Source: a virus
DNA length: 64,000 bases
Strand: one strand, 5' to 3'
IMG/VR virus record: IMGVR_UViG_3300017917_003379
Part shown: positions 19,401-29,346 of the stretch, in pieces
How positions within the stretch are numbered: the first letter of the stretch is position 1
Layout: each line of letters starts with the position of its first letter
Notes under the pieces: model-generated
Seen by the model: the letters and a program-made list of their open reading frames with translations, nothing else
Databases searched by the model: none
What the model was told of the DNA's origin: nothing
Program-made: the position numbers and the translations under genes

Positions 19401-20126
19401 ATGGAAAATAAACGTAGAAAAATAACAAATGCTGAAACACTAGAAACAGCACAACCTGGATTTGCAAATGGAATTTCAATCCAGCTCCAAACATTACTAA
19501 ATAATGGAGAACACCGTTCATTAAATCATCAGGAAAAACTAATGATTATTGAAAATGCTGAGAAAGCATATGGTGATTTCCTTACAGCATTGGGTGTTGA
19601 TTGGCGAAATGATCCCAACAGTATGGAAACACCTCGTCGTGTAGCTAAGGCCTATGTTTTAGATTTATGGAAAGGAAGATATGAACTACCAAGTGATATT
19701 ACAGCATTTCCATCTGATGGTTATAAGGGAATTGTATTAGAAAGAGATATTCCTATTGTTAGTATGTGTTCACATCACCATCAATCTATTTTAGGTAAAA
19801 CACATATTGCTTATATACCTGGTGAAGATGGTAAAGTAGTAGGTTTAAGTAAATTAAATCGTATTGTAGAACACTTTGCTCGTAGAGGTGCTATCCAAGA
19901 ACAACTTACAGTTGCTATTCATAATGCTATTCAAGCTGTAGCTGAAACTGAAAATGTAATGGTAGTAGTACATTCATACCATAACTGTGTATCATGTAGA
20001 GGTGTAAAACACTTTGGTGCTAGTATGGTAACAAGTGAAGTATCAGGTGTATTTGCTGATCATACTAAAACAGCTAAAATGGAAGTAATTGAAATGTTAA
20101 AATTAAATATGGAGGGATATAAATAA
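19401..20126 (+). CDS. folE: GTP cyclohydrolase I
   Basis: ETPRRVAK, SMCSHH, GLSKLNR, QEQLT, HNCVSCRG. Confidence 0.95.
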   Translation: MENKRRKITNAETLETAQPGFANGISIQLQTLLNNGEHRSLNHQEKLMIIENAEKAYGDFLTALGVDWRNDPNSMETPRRVAKAYVLDLWKGRYELPSDITAFPSDGYKGIVLERDIPIVSMCSHHHQSILGKTHIAYIPGEDGKVVGLSKLNRIVEHFARRGAIQEQLTVAIHNAIQAVAETENVMVVVHSYHNCVSCRGVKHFGASMVTSEVSGVFADHTKTAKMEVIEMLKLNMEGYK

Positions 20127-20644
20127 TGTTAAACGCACAACAAATTTTAGATGAAGGACTTTTATTACTAGAACACACCCAAGGCAAACCAGCTCAAGTA
20201 GGCTATGATCTTAGTATTAAACAAGTGAATATCGTAGGTGGTAAAAAGAATATGGCTGGGTTTCGTATTGGTAAAGTATTAAAAGATAAGACTGAATTGA
20301 CTAATTATGACCCTTATGGTTTAATGAATTTAGATGGAGTCAATGGTTGGTTACTTTATGAAGGAGTATACGATATTACTTTTAATGAAGGATGTAAAAT
20401 CCCTAATAATAGAGTAGCTTTTATTAAACAACGATCTTCCCTATATCGTAATGGCGCCATCATTAATAGTCCAGTATTTGATCCTGGTTTTGAAACTCAA
20501 TTTATGGGAACCTTAATGTATATTCATTGTCCTATCTTTATTGAAGAAAATGCTCGAGTAGCTCAAATTTATTTTCACGAATGTCAATCAGCAGAAATGT
20601 ATAATGGACAGTGGCAAAATGATAAACAACGATCATCATTGTAA
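20126..20644 (+). CDS. Trimeric dUTPase / dCTP deaminase family protein
   Basis: GYDLS, RSSLYR, FDPGF, RVAQI, YNGQWQ. Confidence 0.8.
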   Translation: MLNAQQILDEGLLLLEHTQGKPAQVGYDLSIKQVNIVGGKKNMAGFRIGKVLKDKTELTNYDPYGLMNLDGVNGWLLYEGVYDITFNEGCKIPNNRVAFIKQRSSLYRNGAIINSPVFDPGFETQFMGTLMYIHCPIFIEENARVAQIYFHECQSAEMYNGQWQNDKQRSSL

Positions 20645-20660
20645 AATTTGATATAAACTA

Positions 20661-20683
20661 ATGCCCCTCATTGTGAGGGGCAT
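20661..20683 (+). terminator. Hairpin (probable terminator) after the folE-dut operon
   Basis: ATGCCCCTCA-TTG-TGAGGGGCAT perfect 10-bp stem. Confidence 0.65.
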
Positions 20684-20693
20684 ATTTATGTAT

Positions 20694-21320
20694 ATGCCAA
20701 TAACACTATTGAATACAAACGGAACAGGTAAAGTTACTTTAATAAATAATAATAATATAGGAAATATTATATTAAATGTAGCAAGCAGTGTTACTTCTAG
20801 TTCTGAATTTTATTCTAATTTTGAATCTTATATCATAAATGGTGTAAGGCAAGCAACTACATATGACTTAGTTAGAACTAATATATCAACAAATAGAAGA
20901 TTAGTTGTAGCTGAAACGATAACTATAACTGGATTTAAATTTATAAGAATACCTCCTGATAACTGGTCATCCATATCAGGATATACTGTTACTGGAACTT
21001 TATCTATAGTGTCAGGGACGGGAGCTACAATTGATGGTGGAGTTTCAAGTAAAAGTTTTAATACAAAATCAACAATAGCTACTCCCTCCGTATCTGCACA
21101 AAGAGCAAATAATACATCACAGTATGATATATATGATGTAAGGCCAGTTAATAATACTACTACAACATTAACAGCCGGGCAATATACTATTACGTTATTT
21201 GGAACAGGAGCTAATATGGACATAGCTACTTTAACAAATTCTTTATTTCCTATTGATACAACTAAAAAAATATACCCTGCAAGTAATGTTTCAACTCATT
21301 TTGCCATGCAAGTTTTTTAA
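20694..21320 (+). CDS. Thr/Ser/Asn-rich beta-structured protein, probably virion-associated
   Basis: Composition; start at 20694 (or 20688) after the hairpin and ATATTTAT motif. Confidence 0.5.
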   Translation: MPITLLNTNGTGKVTLINNNNIGNIILNVASSVTSSSEFYSNFESYIINGVRQATTYDLVRTNISTNRRLVVAETITITGFKFIRIPPDNWSSISGYTVTGTLSIVSGTGATIDGGVSSKSFNTKSTIATPSVSAQRANNTSQYDIYDVRPVNNTTTTLTAGQYTITLFGTGANMDIATLTNSLFPIDTTKKIYPASNVSTHFAMQVF

Positions 21321-21352
21321 TTTGATTTTGTCAAAACAATTTAATATATTAA
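21321..21352 (+). promoter_or_regulatory. Phage promoter
   Basis: TTTG-N20-TATATTAA with GTCAAAA. Confidence 0.6.
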
Positions 21353-21359
21353 AAAAGTT

Positions 21360-23936
21360 ATGTACCAAGCAATTTATTATGATCGCTCTACTTATACTTA
21401 TCATCTTCGTGATGATGAAAAAGGTTGGTTAGACTTTAAATACACTCCAGAATTATATCAAATAGTACCTAATGGTCCTTTAGAAACATTAGATGGTAAA
21501 CGTGCTATTCCCGTTGAAAAATATAATTGGAAAGATACTTCATTATATGAACAAGATGTAGATAAATGTACTCGCGTATTAATTGACCTATATAAAGATG
21601 GTGATGATACTCCCAAACATCATAATATAGTTTATTTCGATATTGAGTGTGAAATTGGTGGAACACTAACTACTGAATACATTAAGTCAGCTCCTATGAA
21701 AATGACTTCAGTAGCAGTGTATGATAATACAACTCAAAAATATTACTGTTTAATTCTAGATGAAAAACAACAAATTAAACCAGTAAATGGAGATAAGGAA
21801 ATTAGACCATATAAGACAGAAGCGGAAATGCTATCTGCTTTTCTTGATTTATGGGAAGAATTAGACCCAACTATCATTACAGGATGGAATAGTGGGTTCT
21901 TCGATATACCTTACATGTATTATAGATTATGTAATGTGTTAGGTAGAACACAAGCAGAACGTTTATCTCCTCTTCGTAAATTTAATTTTACCGAATGGGA
22001 TCAATCACAACCAATAGAAATAGGTGGTATAAATCATTTAGATTACATGTTGCTGTTTAAGAAATATGTAATGAAACAAGAACCATCTTACCGTTTAGGT
22101 GATATCGGTGAAAAATATGTTAAGTTAGGTAAGATAGAATATGATGGTTCGTTAGATACATTATTTAAAAACGATATAAAAACGTTTATAGAATATAACT
22201 TGCGAGATGTAGAAATTATTATTGAGTTAGAAAAGAAACTAAAATTTATTGATCTAACAGTTGCTATTTGTCACTTATGTCATGTGCCTTATGAACAAAT
22301 ATACCAATCAACTGTATTGAATGATGGAGCTATATTAACATATCTTAAACGCCAAAATATAGTTTCACCTAATAAACCAACCACTTATAACCCAGCCTTA
22401 AAAGAACGTACAGAAAATGATTATGCTGGAGGTTATCTTAAAGATCCAATACCGGGGCTATATCAATGGGTTATTGATTTAGATTTTACTTCACTATATC
22501 CTTCAATTATACGTTCACTCAATATTGGTATTGAAACCTTTATAGGTAGAGTAGTTAATAACGGTAAATATGATAATCAGTGGACATATAATGAAATGAA
22601 AAATATGGATCCAAATGATTTAGTAACAATTGAAAAATTAAATGAAGATTATACTACATCTAGAACACAAGTACATATTGGTAAATTAGTTAAATTAATT
22701 GAAAATAATAATTGGATTACTGCAGCATCTGGTGCTATATTTCGAACAGATAAATCATCTGTAGTATGTGAAGTATTAACTGATTGGTTTAATAAACGTG
22801 TTGAATATAAAAGTCTAATGAAAAAAGCATATAAAGCTGGTGATAAAGTTAAAGGCGAATTTTATGATAGACGACAACATGCGTATAAAATTAAATTAAA
22901 TGACGTTTATGGTTGCTATGCTATTAATGGTTGGAGATATACAGACGGTCATAAAATAATATCATCTGCTATTACACTTACGGGCCAACGTTTGCTACAA
23001 GAAAGTATAGCTAATATGAATAAACATATAAACAAATTATTAAACACTAAAGATAAAGACTACATTATCACATCAGATACTGATTCATTGTTCATTCAAG
23101 TAAAAGACATATTAATAGCTAGAGGAGTTGATTTAACTAATAAAAAAGAATGCGTTAAAACAACACTAGAAATAGCATCAGAATTACAAAAAGTAGCTAA
23201 TGAATTTATAGGTCAATTTGCAATGAATTCACTTCATATTCCTCATAATCGTCAACATTATTTTGAATTAAAACAAGAAGTAGTAATTGAAAGAAGTTAC
23301 CATTCAGGTAAACGTCGATATGCTATGATGATTGTGAATAAAGAAGGAGTTGATACTGAAGAGATGATTATGATGGGATTAGATTTGATGAAATCAAATA
23401 TGCCCCCTTTGTATAAAAACTTTGGACAAAATCTATTAGTAGAAATAATGTCCGGTAAATCTAAAGCAGAAATTGATAAACAAATAATAGATTTTAAATT
23501 ATTATTAAATAATATAGATTGGACAGAATTAGCCAAACCAACAGGAGTTAAACAAATAAATTCATACATTGCTAAACGCCCAGCACCTGGTGAAATATTT
23601 AGTGAATTTAAATTAAAAGCACCAGTCAATACTAAAGCAGCAGTATATTATAATGATTTACTCAAATTTAAAAAACTTGATAAAAAATATTCAATGTTTA
23701 CAGAAGGTAGTAAAATGAAATATGTTTCATTAAAGCCTAATCCTTACAACATTGACGTATTAGGATTTACAGGGTACGAAGACCCAGAGTATATTAAAGA
23801 ATTTATTGAAAAATATATAGATAGAGACGAAGCCTTTAATTCAATATTGCTAAATAAATTACAAGGTATGTATGAAGATATAGGATGGGAATTTCCAGTA
23901 TTGAATGCAAAAATAAACAAATTTTTTCGGTTTTGA
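21360..23936 (+). CDS. Family B DNA polymerase with 3'-5' exonuclease
   Basis: FDIE, GWNS..FDIPY, YNLRD, DFTSLYPSI, K..LN..YG, SDTDS, KRRY. Confidence 0.96.
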   Translation: MYQAIYYDRSTYTYHLRDDEKGWLDFKYTPELYQIVPNGPLETLDGKRAIPVEKYNWKDTSLYEQDVDKCTRVLIDLYKDGDDTPKHHNIVYFDIECEIGGTLTTEYIKSAPMKMTSVAVYDNTTQKYYCLILDEKQQIKPVNGDKEIRPYKTEAEMLSAFLDLWEELDPTIITGWNSGFFDIPYMYYRLCNVLGRTQAERLSPLRKFNFTEWDQSQPIEIGGINHLDYMLLFKKYVMKQEPSYRLGDIGEKYVKLGKIEYDGSLDTLFKNDIKTFIEYNLRDVEIIIELEKKLKFIDLTVAICHLCHVPYEQIYQSTVLNDGAILTYLKRQNIVSPNKPTTYNPALKERTENDYAGGYLKDPIPGLYQWVIDLDFTSLYPSIIRSLNIGIETFIGRVVNNGKYDNQWTYNEMKNMDPNDLVTIEKLNEDYTTSRTQVHIGKLVKLIENNNWITAASGAIFRTDKSSVVCEVLTDWFNKRVEYKSLMKKAYKAGDKVKGEFYDRRQHAYKIKLNDVYGCYAINGWRYTDGHKIISSAITLTGQRLLQESIANMNKHINKLLNTKDKDYIITSDTDSLFIQVKDILIARGVDLTNKKECVKTTLEIASELQKVANEFIGQFAMNSLHIPHNRQHYFELKQEVVIERSYHSGKRRYAMMIVNKEGVDTEEMIMMGLDLMKSNMPPLYKNFGQNLLVEIMSGKSKAEIDKQIIDFKLLLNNIDWTELAKPTGVKQINSYIAKRPAPGEIFSEFKLKAPVNTKAAVYYNDLLKFKKLDKKYSMFTEGSKMKYVSLKPNPYNIDVLGFTGYEDPEYIKEFIEKYIDRDEAFNSILLNKLQGMYEDIGWEFPVLNAKINKFFRF

Positions 23937-23978
23937 TGGTTATTTAATATATGGCGAGAAAAATAAATATTTATAACC

Positions 23979-24524
23979 ATGATTAAATTAATAGATATAC
24001 TAAAAGAAAATAAAAGAAACATTTATTTAACAATGTATGCTCTTTTTACTGAAAAAAACGGCAGTTGGAAAACAGAAAATGATTGGTCTTTTAACCCCAC
24101 ATTTAAAACACAAGGTTTAATAGCAACATATGGAAAAGGAGCTAATGGGCAAAGTTGGGGTAAACCATCAATTTTATGTACAGAATATAATGGAGAAAAT
24201 CCATTTGAAGGATCACATTCTGGTTGGAAATATGCTATTATTTTTAAAAAAAATATTGATGAAATTTATATAGATGATGAAATTTTTTATTATGGAGATT
24301 ATCCTTCTGAAGAACAAGAGAAAGAAGCAATAGAATATATATATAAAACAACAGATAATAAACAAGATGTTTCTTTAGGTGTATTACATACTAAATTTGG
24401 ATCTATTATAATTCAAGATAATTTTCCACAAGGAAATTATGTTTTAAATATAAAACCTAATGAGATAATCAAAATTGTTAAAGGAGAAGGAAATATAAAA
24501 ATAAAGTTTGGTAAGTCAAATTAA
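23979..24524 (+). CDS. MIKLIDILxE-leader protein
   Basis: Leader shared with 12428; preceded by ATATTTAT. Confidence 0.55.
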   Translation: MIKLIDILKENKRNIYLTMYALFTEKNGSWKTENDWSFNPTFKTQGLIATYGKGANGQSWGKPSILCTEYNGENPFEGSHSGWKYAIIFKKNIDEIYIDDEIFYYGDYPSEEQEKEAIEYIYKTTDNKQDVSLGVLHTKFGSIIIQDNFPQGNYVLNIKPNEIIKIVKGEGNIKIKFGKSN

Positions 24525-24538
24525 AAAAATTAAATTTA
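24507..24538 (+). promoter_or_regulatory. Phage promoter
   Basis: TTTG-N20-TAAATTTA with GTCAAA. Confidence 0.65.
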
Positions 24539-24542
24539 AGTT

Positions 24543-25268
24543 ATGAAAAAATTATATTTCAAAGACGTTATTGAAAAATACCATCTTGGTGGTTTAGTAG
24601 AGCGTGTTAAAATCAATATTGTTGATAAAACACTTATTACTAAATTTATTTCAAGTCAAAAAAATCTAGTAGGTGTACTTGAAGCTCCTAATATTGAATT
24701 AGATGATTGTGAATTTGGTATATATGATACAACTCAACTTCTTAAATTAATTAATATTACTGATAATTTCTTAATATTGGGAATTGAAAAACGAGGTAAT
24801 ATAGCTAACAAACTTACTATCGCAGATAATGAATATAATTTAGAATACGCTTTAGCAGACATAATGCTAACACCAGCAGTACCAAATATCGATGAACCAA
24901 ACTATCAAATGGTTGCTAATATCAGCTCAGAATTTATTAATAAATTTCTCAAAGCAGGTAAAGCACTAGGTACTGATGTATTTACTATTGAACAATCTCG
25001 TGATGTAGATGATAATCAAGCTATTAAATTTACATTAGGTGGTACTGAAGGGCATACAAATAAAATTAACTTTACATTACAAACAACATTATCTAGCATT
25101 CCCGGCCATGTTGTTAAATTTCCATTACAAGAATTTAGTGAAATATTAGCAGCTAATAAAACATTTAAATCAGGAATGTTAAGTGTTAATGAAGAAGGGT
25201 TACTTAAAATCGACTTTGAAAATGAAGAAGGTGTTAAAGTAACATATTTATTAGTAGGTAAAGAATAA
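24543..25268 (+). CDS. Sliding clamp (gp45/PCNA-like)
   Basis: ~240 aa, FGIYD..QLL, C-terminal GLLKI.F......YLLV; replisome context. Confidence 0.7.
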   Translation: MKKLYFKDVIEKYHLGGLVERVKINIVDKTLITKFISSQKNLVGVLEAPNIELDDCEFGIYDTTQLLKLINITDNFLILGIEKRGNIANKLTIADNEYNLEYALADIMLTPAVPNIDEPNYQMVANISSEFINKFLKAGKALGTDVFTIEQSRDVDDNQAIKFTLGGTEGHTNKINFTLQTTLSSIPGHVVKFPLQEFSEILAANKTFKSGMLSVNEEGLLKIDFENEEGVKVTYLLVGKE

Positions 25269-25271
25269 AAT

Positions 25272-25800
25272 ATAAGGTACGACAGGCCTAGTTATATTAA
25301 ATTAATTAACCGCTCACCTTAGGGGAGCATAAAAAAACAGGAGGTTTAAAATGACACTTACAACACCGTGGACATATAGTCACGATCCATTTGACATCGT
25401 TTGGAAAAATTTCTTTGACACTAATTCAAGTTTCAACACAATTCAACACAAAATCAACTACCCAGTTGATATCTATGAAATAGAAAACGGGTTACGATTT
25501 GAACTTGCAGTAGTAGGTCTTGATAAAGAAGACATACAGATTCTAGTAGAATCAAATATATTAAGAGTAACACATGATCGAAAAGAAGAACAAGAACGTA
25601 CCTATCTTCAAAAAGGTATTGCTCGTCGTTCATTTGATTTAGCTTGGAAAGTAGCAGCTAAATTTGATTTAACTAAGCTAGAAGCTAAGTTAGATAAAGG
25701 ACTGCTTATTATTGATATTCCTTATTCTGAATCAAAAGCACCAAAGCAAATTAAAATCAAATAATAGATTTTGAAATCTTAAAAGCCTGTCGTATCTTAT
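25272..25800 (+). repeat. 16-nt inverted repeat (25272-25287 / 25785-25800) enclosing hsp20
   Basis: ATAAGGTACGACAGGC pairs with GCCTGTCGTATCTTAT (15 Watson-Crick pairs plus one G-U). Confidence 0.85.
25351..25764 (+). CDS. Small heat shock protein (Hsp20/IbpA-like)
   Basis: YPVDIYE, AVVG, YLQKGIARRSF, A.LDKGLL.I.IP, C-terminal IKI. Confidence 0.92.
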   Translation: MTLTTPWTYSHDPFDIVWKNFFDTNSSFNTIQHKINYPVDIYEIENGLRFELAVVGLDKEDIQILVESNILRVTHDRKEEQERTYLQKGIARRSFDLAWKVAAKFDLTKLEAKLDKGLLIIDIPYSESKAPKQIKIK

Positions 25801-25810
25801 TATTATTGTT

Positions 25811-26008
25811 ATGAAAGAAACATTAGTTATTAAGCAAGAAGTTAAATGGGGAAGAAATGCTTACTTAAAGATAGAAGACGATAGAGTCATATTTGATACA
25901 TCAGATGGAGAATATGGTCCTGTTGTATTTCACTTAGAAATATTAGATGAAGCACTTTTAACTCATAAAACAAAATGCATTCAAAGTATCTTAGACAAAA
26001 ATATTTAG
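25811..26008 (+). CDS. Hypothetical protein
   Basis: 65-aa ORF after promoter-like TTTG-N19-TATCTTAT. Confidence 0.5.
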   Translation: MKETLVIKQEVKWGRNAYLKIEDDRVIFDTSDGEYGPVVFHLEILDEALLTHKTKCIQSILDKNI

Positions 26009-26028
26009 AACATTTAAAAACATTTTAT

Positions 26029-26319
26029 ATGAATATTAAACCGTTACATAACCATGTTGTTATTAAACAACAAGATGAAACAGAAACAATGTATGGAAAC
26101 ATTATCATACCAGATGCTGGTAAAGAAAAACCTCTTATGGGTGAAGTAGTAGCAACAGGTCCTGGATTGATTAATATTAATGGAGTTTTGATTCCTAATG
26201 AAGTACCAGTAGGTGCAGTTGTAGTATTTCCTGCATTTGGTGGACAACGCGTTACAATTAAAGGTGAAGAATATATTGTAATGAAAGAACAAGATTTACT
26301 AGCCATAATTGAAGAATAA
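26029..26319 (+). CDS. groES: Co-chaperonin GroES
   Basis: IKPL...V, GNIIIPD..KEKP..GEVVA.GPG, E.DLLAI; start at MNIKPL. Confidence 0.93.
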   Translation: MNIKPLHNHVVIKQQDETETMYGNIIIPDAGKEKPLMGEVVATGPGLININGVLIPNEVPVGAVVVFPAFGGQRVTIKGEEYIVMKEQDLLAIIEE

Positions 26320-26351
26320 ATTTTAAAAAAATTTCAGAATAATAATAAACT

Positions 26352-27983
26352 ATGAGTAAAATAATTAAATTTGATCGTGAAGCTAAAGAAAAACTTCAAG
26401 CCGGTATTGACAAAGTCAATAAAGCAGTTTCAGTAACAATGGGTCCATTTGGACGTAACGTGCTAATTGAAAAAGAATATGGGCAAGTATCTAGTACTAA
26501 AGATGGTGTTAGTGTAGCCAAAACAATTGTATTAGAAGACCCAATTGAGAATATGGCAGCTACTGTTATTAAGCAAGCTGCTCAAAAAACTGTTGATGCT
26601 GCGGGTGATGGCACTACTACTTCAACTGTATTAGCATATGCTATCGCTTCTCAAGCATTACAAGCTACTGCTTATGCCTCAACTAATGCTACTCAAGTAA
26701 AACGTGGTATTGAAGAAGCTGTTAAAACAGTAGTTGCTGAACTAAAAGCAATGTCTACTCCTATTACTGATGAAAAGCAGATTAAACAAATTGCTACTTT
26801 ATCTGCTAATGGAGATGAAGAAATTGGCAATTTAGTAGCCACAGCTATTGATAAAGTAGGAAGAGACGGAGTAGTTACAGTTGAAGAATCTCGTACAGGT
26901 GAAACATCACTTGAAATAGTAGAAGGTATGCAATTTGATCGTGGTTATAAGTCACCTTATATGGTAACTGATAATAACACAATGCAAGCTGTATTAAATG
27001 ATCCTTTATTGTTGATTGTTGATGGTAAAATTACAACCGTAAAGGATTTACTTCCTATTCTTGAATCAGTATCTCAACAAAACAAATCTTTATTCATTGT
27101 AGCTGAAGATATTGACGGTGAAGCGCTTGCTACACTTGTTGTAAATAAAATGAGAGGTATTTTAAAAGTAGCTGCTGTTAAAGCTCCTGATTTCGGAGAA
27201 CGTAGAACACTTATCCTTGAAGATATTGCTACGCTTACTGGAGGTACAGTAGTATCAAATCAAAAAGGTATGCGTTTAGATAAATTCAACAAAGATTGGT
27301 TTGGTGAAGCGCGTACTATTACTGTAGGTAAAGAAACAACTACAATTGTTGATGGTAAAGGAGATGTTGATAAAATTGAAGCACGCATTGTAGAATTAAA
27401 AGCACAAATTGATGCTTCTACTTCACCTTATGAAATTGAAAAACTGCAAGAACGTTTATCTAAGATGATTGGTGGTGTAGCTATCATCAATGTAGGTGGT
27501 GGTACTGAAATTGAAATGAAAGAAAAGAAAGATCGTCTTGATGATGCTTTACAAGCAACTAAAGCCGCTCTTGATGAAGGTATTTTACCTGGTGCTGGTG
27601 TAGCATTATTAAAAGCAAGAAATGCATTCCATGTGGGTGATCTTGATGGTAAAGATGATTTTAGTAAAGGAAAACAAATTGTATATCATGCTTGTAAAGC
27701 CCCATTTGATCAAATATTAAATAATGCCGGAGTTGACGCTACTAGATTTTACATGACATTAAATTCTTCTAATACACCTAATCTAGTACCTAACATTACA
27801 GAAAATGAATTAACAGACGCTTATGATTCAGGTATTATTGACCCAACTAAAGTAGTACGTTCAGCACTTGAAAATGCAGCGGCGGCCGCTGTAACATTAC
27901 TCATGACAGAATGTGTAATTCATGATAAACCAACAGATAAGAAAAAAGATAATCCTATGGATATGATGGAAGGAATGATGTAA
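26352..27983 (+). CDS. groEL: Chaperonin GroEL
   Basis: TMGPFGRNV, TKDGVSVA, AGDGTTT, EGMQFDRGY, KAPDFG, GIIDPTKV. Confidence 0.97.
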   Translation: MSKIIKFDREAKEKLQAGIDKVNKAVSVTMGPFGRNVLIEKEYGQVSSTKDGVSVAKTIVLEDPIENMAATVIKQAAQKTVDAAGDGTTTSTVLAYAIASQALQATAYASTNATQVKRGIEEAVKTVVAELKAMSTPITDEKQIKQIATLSANGDEEIGNLVATAIDKVGRDGVVTVEESRTGETSLEIVEGMQFDRGYKSPYMVTDNNTMQAVLNDPLLLIVDGKITTVKDLLPILESVSQQNKSLFIVAEDIDGEALATLVVNKMRGILKVAAVKAPDFGERRTLILEDIATLTGGTVVSNQKGMRLDKFNKDWFGEARTITVGKETTTIVDGKGDVDKIEARIVELKAQIDASTSPYEIEKLQERLSKMIGGVAIINVGGGTEIEMKEKKDRLDDALQATKAALDEGILPGAGVALLKARNAFHVGDLDGKDDFSKGKQIVYHACKAPFDQILNNAGVDATRFYMTLNSSNTPNLVPNITENELTDAYDSGIIDPTKVVRSALENAAAAAVTLLMTECVIHDKPTDKKKDNPMDMMEGMM

Positions 27984-28013
27984 TAAATATTTATCAATAC
28001 AAATAATAACTAA

Positions 28014-28370
28014 ATGGCAACATATACCCCATCGCAGCTACAAGGATTAGGTTCACTTGGAGAAAATATAAATAGCGGTGTTACTAAAACATTTACTTTT
28101 AATAATAACGCTCCTACAACAAATTATTTTACTCTTGAAACTATACCTAACGCTAGTGGATTTTATGTTAGTGGCTCAACGCCACGAAACATAGAAGGTA
28201 GTTGGATAGTATCCGCTTCTATGCTTCCAGGATTCATAACATCTTCTTATGTAGCATCTGTTGTAGTTCCTCCTGGTAACTCATCATTAACTTTTACTCC
28301 TACAAATAATGTAGTTGGTGCTACATATTATTTAAAAGGAACAGGAAATTTAACTTTAACGATATCTTAA
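28014..28370 (+). CDS. Small Ser/Thr-rich beta protein, probably virion decoration/structural
   Basis: MATYT start, composition, ATATTTAT upstream. Confidence 0.5.
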   Translation: MATYTPSQLQGLGSLGENINSGVTKTFTFNNNAPTTNYFTLETIPNASGFYVSGSTPRNIEGSWIVSASMLPGFITSSYVASVVVPPGNSSLTFTPTNNVVGATYYLKGTGNLTLTIS

Positions 28371-28371
28371 A

Positions 28372-28403
28372 TTTGGATTGTCAAAAAAGTTATTTTAAAT
28401 TTA
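28372..28403 (+). promoter_or_regulatory. Phage promoter
   Basis: TTTG-N20-TAAATTTA with GTCAAAA. Confidence 0.65.
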
Positions 28404-28407
28404 AGTT

Positions 28408-29340
28408 ATGAAAAAGCAACACACACTCTGGATTGAAAAATATCGTAGCCAAACTTTAGAACAATACATCGGAAACGATGCGGTTAAAAACCGCATCTCC
28501 GATTGTATTGTTAAAAATGACATACCACATTTTATATTTAGTGGAACAGCAGGAACAGGTAAAACAACTTTAGCTAAACTAATAGTTAATAATATTAAAT
28601 GTGATTATCTTTACCTTAATGCTTCTGATGAGAATGGCATTGATATGATTCGAGAAAAAGTAAAAGGATTTGCATCTTCTGCTACATTTAATCCTATTAA
28701 AGTAGTAATATTAGATGAAGCTGATTTTCTTACTCAGCCTGCTCAGGCCGCTCTTCGCAACATTATTGAAGAATATTCAGCTACTACACGTTTTGTTTTA
28801 ACATGTAACTATGTTGAGCGTTTAATTGAACCACTTACTTCACGTTGTGAAACTCATATTTTAAAACCACCATCAATGCCTGATGTAGCAAGACATATTT
28901 GTACAAATATATTAGATGTTGAAGGTGTAAAATATGATATTAAAAACATAGCGTTATTAATTAAAGAATATTATCCTGATATTCGATCAATCATTAAATA
29001 TCTTCAAGCAGGAGTTAAAGATGGTGAGTTTAAATGGATTGAACTTGACACTAATTGGTTTGTTAAAATTATTGAAGTATTAAAAAAACCAACTAAAAAC
29101 AGTTGGGTAGAAATGCGACAAATAATTGCTGATGCTCAAGTAGATGACTATCAACCTCTAATAGAATACTTATTTGAAAATGTAGATAAATATGGCAAAG
29201 GAAATGAAGCAGAAATAATTATAGAATTAGATGAAGCTCAATATCGTTCTCGAGTAGTACCTGATAAAGAAATTAATATATCTTCTCTATTAGTTAAAAT
29301 TCTACGAATATTAGAAAACAAAACATTAATAAAAGGATAA
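28408..29340 (+). CDS. Clamp loader ATPase subunit (RFC small / gp44-like)
   Basis: WIEKYR, GTGKTT, NASDE.G, LDEAD, SRC. Confidence 0.95.
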   Translation: MKKQHTLWIEKYRSQTLEQYIGNDAVKNRISDCIVKNDIPHFIFSGTAGTGKTTLAKLIVNNIKCDYLYLNASDENGIDMIREKVKGFASSATFNPIKVVILDEADFLTQPAQAALRNIIEEYSATTRFVLTCNYVERLIEPLTSRCETHILKPPSMPDVARHICTNILDVEGVKYDIKNIALLIKEYYPDIRSIIKYLQAGVKDGEFKWIELDTNWFVKIIEVLKKPTKNSWVEMRQIIADAQVDDYQPLIEYLFENVDKYGKGNEAEIIIELDEAQYRSRVVPDKEINISSLLVKILRILENKTLIKG

Positions 29341-29346
29341 AATAAT

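Noticed and set aside
10566-23936. Inteins or introns in RNR, helicase or PolB
   Set aside because: Protein lengths are normal, with no intein C/HN junctions or frame interruptions
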